Source of the DNA: Candidatus Saccharimonadota bacterium | GTDB lineage: Bacteria > Pseudomonadota > Gammaproteobacteria > Enterobacterales > Enterobacteriaceae | NCBI GenBank assembly: GCA_041941765.1 | Contig: CP145869.1 | Location: 30,001-62,000 of the forward strand | Reading direction: 5' to 3' | DNA: 32,000 nucleotides | In this document: piece by piece, positions 28,661 through 32,000 of the stretch | Layout: each line of letters begins with the position of its first letter | How positions within the stretch are numbered: the first letter of the stretch is position 1 | Made by a program: the position numbers and the translations under genes | Notes under the pieces: generated by a model | Database searches by the model: none | Told to the model about the DNA's origin: nothing | Seen by the model: only the letters and a program-made list of their open reading frames with translations

Positions 28661-31219
28661 ATGAGCAATCTTGCCAGCAATAGTAGTGAAATAATACCAA
28701 TTGATCTTGAAGAAGAACTTGAAAAATCTTATTTAGATTATGCTATGTCTGTTATTGTTGGACGAGCATTGCCAGATATTAGAGACGGACTCAAACCTGT
28801 ACATCGTCGTGTCCTTTATGCTATGCATATACTTAATAATGATTGGAATAAACCATATAAAAAATCCGCTCGGATAGTAGGTGATGTTATTGGAAAATAT
28901 CATCCTCATGGTGATATGGCCGTATATGATGCTCTAGTTAGGATGGCTCAATCCTTTTCTTTACGTTATATATTAGTTGATGGACAAGGTAATTTTGGAT
29001 CTATTGATGGAGATCCTGCAGCTGCCATGCGTTATACTGAAGTACGTATGACAAAAATTGCCCATGAACTTTTAGCAGATTTAGAAAAAGAAACTGTTAA
29101 ATTTGTACCTAACTATGATGGCAACGAACATATTCCAGAAGTATTTCCTACTAAAATACCAAATTTATTAATAAATGGTTGTTCTGGTATTGCAGTAGGA
29201 ATGGCTACTAATATTCCTCCTCATAATTTAAGTGAAATTATTAATGGGTGTTTAGCGTATATTGATAACAATCAGATTAGTATTAAAGAATTGATGAAAT
29301 ATATTCCGGGTCCTGATTTTCCTACTGCTGCCATTATTAATGGTATTAATGGTATTGAAGAAGCATATAATACAGGACGTGGTAAAATTTATCTAAGAGC
29401 ACGCTGTAAAATACAACAAGATATTAAAACCGGACGTGAAACTATTATTTGTTATGAAATTCCTTATCAAGTAAATAAAGCGCGTCTAATGGAAAAAATT
29501 GCAGAGTTAATTAAAGAAAAACGTATTGAAGGTATTAATACATTGCGCGACGAATCAGATAAAGATGGTACGCGTATTGTTATGGAAATTAAACGTGACT
29601 TCATTGGAGAAGTTGTATTAAATCATCTTTATAATTTAACTCAATTACAAATTTCTTTTAATATTAATATGGTAGCATTACATGATGGTAAACCACAACT
29701 TCTTAATTTAAAAGATATGATAGCAGCATTTATTCATCATAGACGCGAAGTAGTTATACGTCGTACTCTTTACGATTTAAATAAAACACGTCAAAGTGCT
29801 CATATTTTAGAAGGATTAACAATTGCCTTAATGAATATTGATCGAATGATAGAGGTTATTCGTAATAGCAAAAATATCATAGAAGCGAAATCTATACTTT
29901 TATCCCAATCTTGGAATTTAGATAATTTACCTATTATACAAAATTCTTTAAAAATTACATCTCTAAATGAGATTAGTAGTAATGAAACAAAATTGGGTGG
30001 AATTAATGATAATAAATACCATCTTTCAAAACAACAAACTCAAGCCATATTAGATTTACGATTAAATAAACTTACTAGCTTAGAATATAAAAATTTATTA
30101 GATGAATATAATGAGATTTTAAAAAAAATCAAACAATTATCTTATATTCTAAAAAATTCTGAACAGTTAATGAAAGTTATTTGTAAGGAATTAATCGAAA
30201 TTCGTGATCAGTTTTATGATAAACGTCGTACTGAAATTATTACAAAAAATATTGATATCACTCATCAAGATCTAATTAGTAAGATACCTGTAGTAGTAAC
30301 GTTATCACATTTAGGATATGTAAAATATCAACCATTATCAGAGTATGAAGCGCAGCATCGAGGTGGAAAAGGAAAATCAGCTACTCGTATAAAAAAAGGA
30401 CAAGATTATATAGAACGATTGTTAGTTGCAAATAGTCATGATTCTATTCTATGCTTCTCTAGTCTTGGTAGATTATATTGGCTCAAAGTATATCAATTAC
30501 CAGAAGCAAATCGTGGTTCTAAAGGACGTCCAATTGTTAATATTTTACCTTTAATATCTAATGAAAGAATTACAGCTCTTCTTCCAGTTCATCATGATAA
30601 TATATTTGGAAAACATGTTTTTATGGCAACTGCAAAAGGATTAGTAAAAAAAACGCCTTTAACGGAATTAAATAAGCCAAGACATGCAGGTATTATTGCT
30701 ATTAAGTTAAATGAAAATGATGAACTTATAGGAGTTAATTTCACCAATGGAACTAATGATGTAATGTTATTTTCAGCTACAGGTAAAGTAGTACGTTTTA
30801 CAGAACAATCAGTACGATCAATGGGTCGCACATCCGCTGGAGTGCGTGGCATCAAGTTATCTACATTGGATCGAGTAGTTTCATTAATTATTCCAGATAA
30901 TAAAGGTGACATTCTAACAGTTACTCAACACGGATATGGAAAACGAACAACTATTGATGAATATCCGTTAAAATCAAGAGCTACACAGGGTGTTATTTCT
31001 ATCAAAATTACTAAACGTAATGGTAATGTAGTTAGTGCAATTCAAGTTGATAGTTGTGATGAAATAATGATAATAACAGATGCAGGTACTTTAGTTCGTA
31101 CTAGAGTTGTCGAAGTAAGTCTTGTTGGACGTAATACTCAAGGTGTAGTTTTAATACGTACTTCACTACATGAACATGTAGTAGGATTACAACGAATAGT
31201 TGAACCCAAAAAATCATAA
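28661..31219 (+). CDS. gyrA: DNA gyrase subunit A
   Basis: 852 aa. It is colinear with E. coli GyrA: [26 protein letters not shown], catalytic AAAMRYTE, the GyrA-box QHRGGKGK, and beta-pinwheel CTD repeats. Confidence 0.98.
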   Translation: MSNLASNSSEIIPIDLEEELEKSYLDYAMSVIVGRALPDIRDGLKPVHRRVLYAMHILNNDWNKPYKKSARIVGDVIGKYHPHGDMAVYDALVRMAQSFSLRYILVDGQGNFGSIDGDPAAAMRYTEVRMTKIAHELLADLEKETVKFVPNYDGNEHIPEVFPTKIPNLLINGCSGIAVGMATNIPPHNLSEIINGCLAYIDNNQISIKELMKYIPGPDFPTAAIINGINGIEEAYNTGRGKIYLRARCKIQQDIKTGRETIICYEIPYQVNKARLMEKIAELIKEKRIEGINTLRDESDKDGTRIVMEIKRDFIGEVVLNHLYNLTQLQISFNINMVALHDGKPQLLNLKDMIAAFIHHRREVVIRRTLYDLNKTRQSAHILEGLTIALMNIDRMIEVIRNSKNIIEAKSILLSQSWNLDNLPIIQNSLKITSLNEISSNETKLGGINDNKYHLSKQQTQAILDLRLNKLTSLEYKNLLDEYNEILKKIKQLSYILKNSEQLMKVICKELIEIRDQFYDKRRTEIITKNIDITHQDLISKIPVVVTLSHLGYVKYQPLSEYEAQHRGGKGKSATRIKKGQDYIERLLVANSHDSILCFSSLGRLYWLKVYQLPEANRGSKGRPIVNILPLISNERITALLPVHHDNIFGKHVFMATAKGLVKKTPLTELNKPRHAGIIAIKLNENDELIGVNFTNGTNDVMLFSATGKVVRFTEQSVRSMGRTSAGVRGIKLSTLDRVVSLIIPDNKGDILTVTQHGYGKRTTIDEYPLKSRATQGVISIKITKRNGNVVSAIQVDSCDEIMIITDAGTLVRTRVVEVSLVGRNTQGVVLIRTSLHEHVVGLQRIVEPKKS

Positions 31220-31264
31220 AATAAAGAATTTTTCTTATTTAAGAAACCAACAAACCAGTTAATT

Positions 31265-31588
31265 ATGAATGATAATAAAGCTATTATTATATTATGTACT
31301 GTTCCTACTGAAGAATGCGCTATAAAATTAGCAAATAAATTATTAGCTATAAAGAGAGCTGCTTGTATAACATATTGGCTAAATACTAAATCTTTATATT
31401 ATTGGAACGACCAACTTCAAAAAACTACTGAAGTCCAAATGTTAATAAAAAGTAATAGTTTGCATGAAAAGGAATTACTACAAATAATTAAAAATATGCA
31501 TCCATATGAAATACCAGAAATATTAGTTTTACCTATAATACAAGGTAATGAACAATATCTTTTATGGCTAGATAGATCATTAATCTAA
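31265..31588 (+). CDS. cutA: Divalent-cation tolerance protein CutA
   Basis: 107 aa. SLYYWNDQLQKTTEVQMLIKS...HPYEIPEILVLPI aligns with E. coli CutA ([21 protein letters not shown]...HPYQTPELLVLPV). Confidence 0.9.
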   Translation: MNDNKAIIILCTVPTEECAIKLANKLLAIKRAACITYWLNTKSLYYWNDQLQKTTEVQMLIKSNSLHEKELLQIIKNMHPYEIPEILVLPIIQGNEQYLLWLDRSLI

Positions 31589-31638
31589 TTTCTTAGATTT
31601 AATATTTATATACTAATAACAAATCTACTTTTTAAATA

Positions 31639-31714
31639 GCCTGGATAGCTCAGTTGGTAGAGCAAGGGACTGAAAATCCCTGTGTCGGTGGTTCAATTCC
31701 ACCTCCAGGCACCA
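31639..31714 (+). tRNA. tRNA-Phe (anticodon GAA), CCA end encoded
   Basis: 76 nt, GCCTGGATAGCTCAGTTGGTAGAGCAAGGGACTGAAAATCCCTGTGTCGGTGGTTCAATTCCACCTCCAGGCACCA. The acceptor GCCTGGA/TCCAGGC, the anticodon stem AGGGA/TCCCT with loop CTGAAAA, and the T-arm GGTGG/CCACC fold as a cloverleaf. It is close to E. coli tRNA-Phe. Confidence 0.95.
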
Positions 31715-31830
31715 TACTAAAAATAATACGTATGATTTTTTTACTATAATATATTTTAATTTGCTTTAAAAAATTAAGAGAAGAAATAATATCGTTTGTT
31801 AGTTAATAAAATGGAGTATAAATATATATT

Positions 31831-32000
31831 GTGAAATTGAAAAGACGTCGTGCACGTGAATATGTTCTTCAGGCACTTTATTCTTGGCAATTATCTAGTA
31901 ATAATAACATTATTGCTGAATTTGAGTCTCAGTTATCATTTCAAGATGATATCCCAAACATAGATATACTTTATTTTACTCAATTATTAAAGGGTGTTAT
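31831..32000 (+). CDS. nusB: Transcription antitermination factor NusB. N-terminal about 56 codons; it runs off the window.
   Basis: It is not in the ORF track because it is truncated. From the GTG at 31831 it reads [35 protein letters not shown]...[12 protein letters not shown]. This matches E. coli NusB ([23 protein letters not shown]...DVLYFRELLAGV). GGAG lies about 14 nt upstream. An in-frame TTG at 31837 is an alternative start. Confidence 0.88.
   Translation, partial: [56 protein letters not shown]

Noticed and set aside
30592-30912. 106-aa ORF on the minus strand
   Set aside because: It is antisense inside the gyrA C-terminal domain. It has no motif support and looks like a shadow ORF.
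31594-31742. AT-only hairpins flanking tRNA-Phe, considered as terminators: TAGATTT...AAATCTA at 31594-31627, and the near-palindrome AAAAATAATAC/GTATGATTTTT at 31719-31742
   Set aside because: One stem is entirely A-T and the other has only a central C-G pair. The loops are unfavourable, at 20 nt and essentially zero. They are plausible but unsupported, so they are not listed as features.
1-32000. Search by eye for CRISPR repeats, IS or transposase ends, integrases, long direct or inverted repeats, DnaA-box clusters and Chi sites
   Set aside because: Nothing convincing was found. There are only isolated 7-of-9 DnaA-box-like words inside coding sequence, for example in rsmH and pyrC. A computational repeat search is needed to be sure.

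Overview
The window is very AT-rich (judged by eye, not computed) and densely coding. It looks like the reduced genome of an obligate, Enterobacterales-derived insect endosymbiont. A Blochmannia-, Wigglesworthia- or Baumannia-type organism is my guess only, and it needs a database search. I can support 31 protein genes, two of them cut by the window edges, plus one tRNA-Phe. All are well-known housekeeping orthologues: rsmH; surA-rsmA-apaH; dnaB; ssb; a yjcE-like Na+/H+ exchanger; rdgB; pyrC; ompA; guaBA; xseA; der-yfgM-hisS-ispG-rlmN-ndk; the full isc cluster iscRSUA-hscBA-fdx; glyA; tadA; gyrA; cutA; nusB. Gene order is a patchwork of blocks collinear with E. coli K-12, with cleanly excised genes (pdxA, apaG, bamB, rodZ, iscX and others). 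I see no mobile element, CRISPR array, toxin-antitoxin pair, phage remnant or unassigned multi-gene cassette, so I do not find a novel biological system here. The observations worth a second look are signs of reductive evolution. They include a near-consensus IscR operator kept upstream of iscR, an HscA lacking its C-terminal lid, an Ndk with a 10-residue in-frame Kpn-loop deletion, and a SurA with one parvulin domain. GyrA has Met at the Ser83-equivalent position and no acidic tail. There is also an 11-kb co-directional gene train with overlapping stop and start codons, and many in-frame A9-A10 or T9 tracts. All functional calls rest on my by-eye alignment to remembered E. coli sequences and motifs. 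No search was run.
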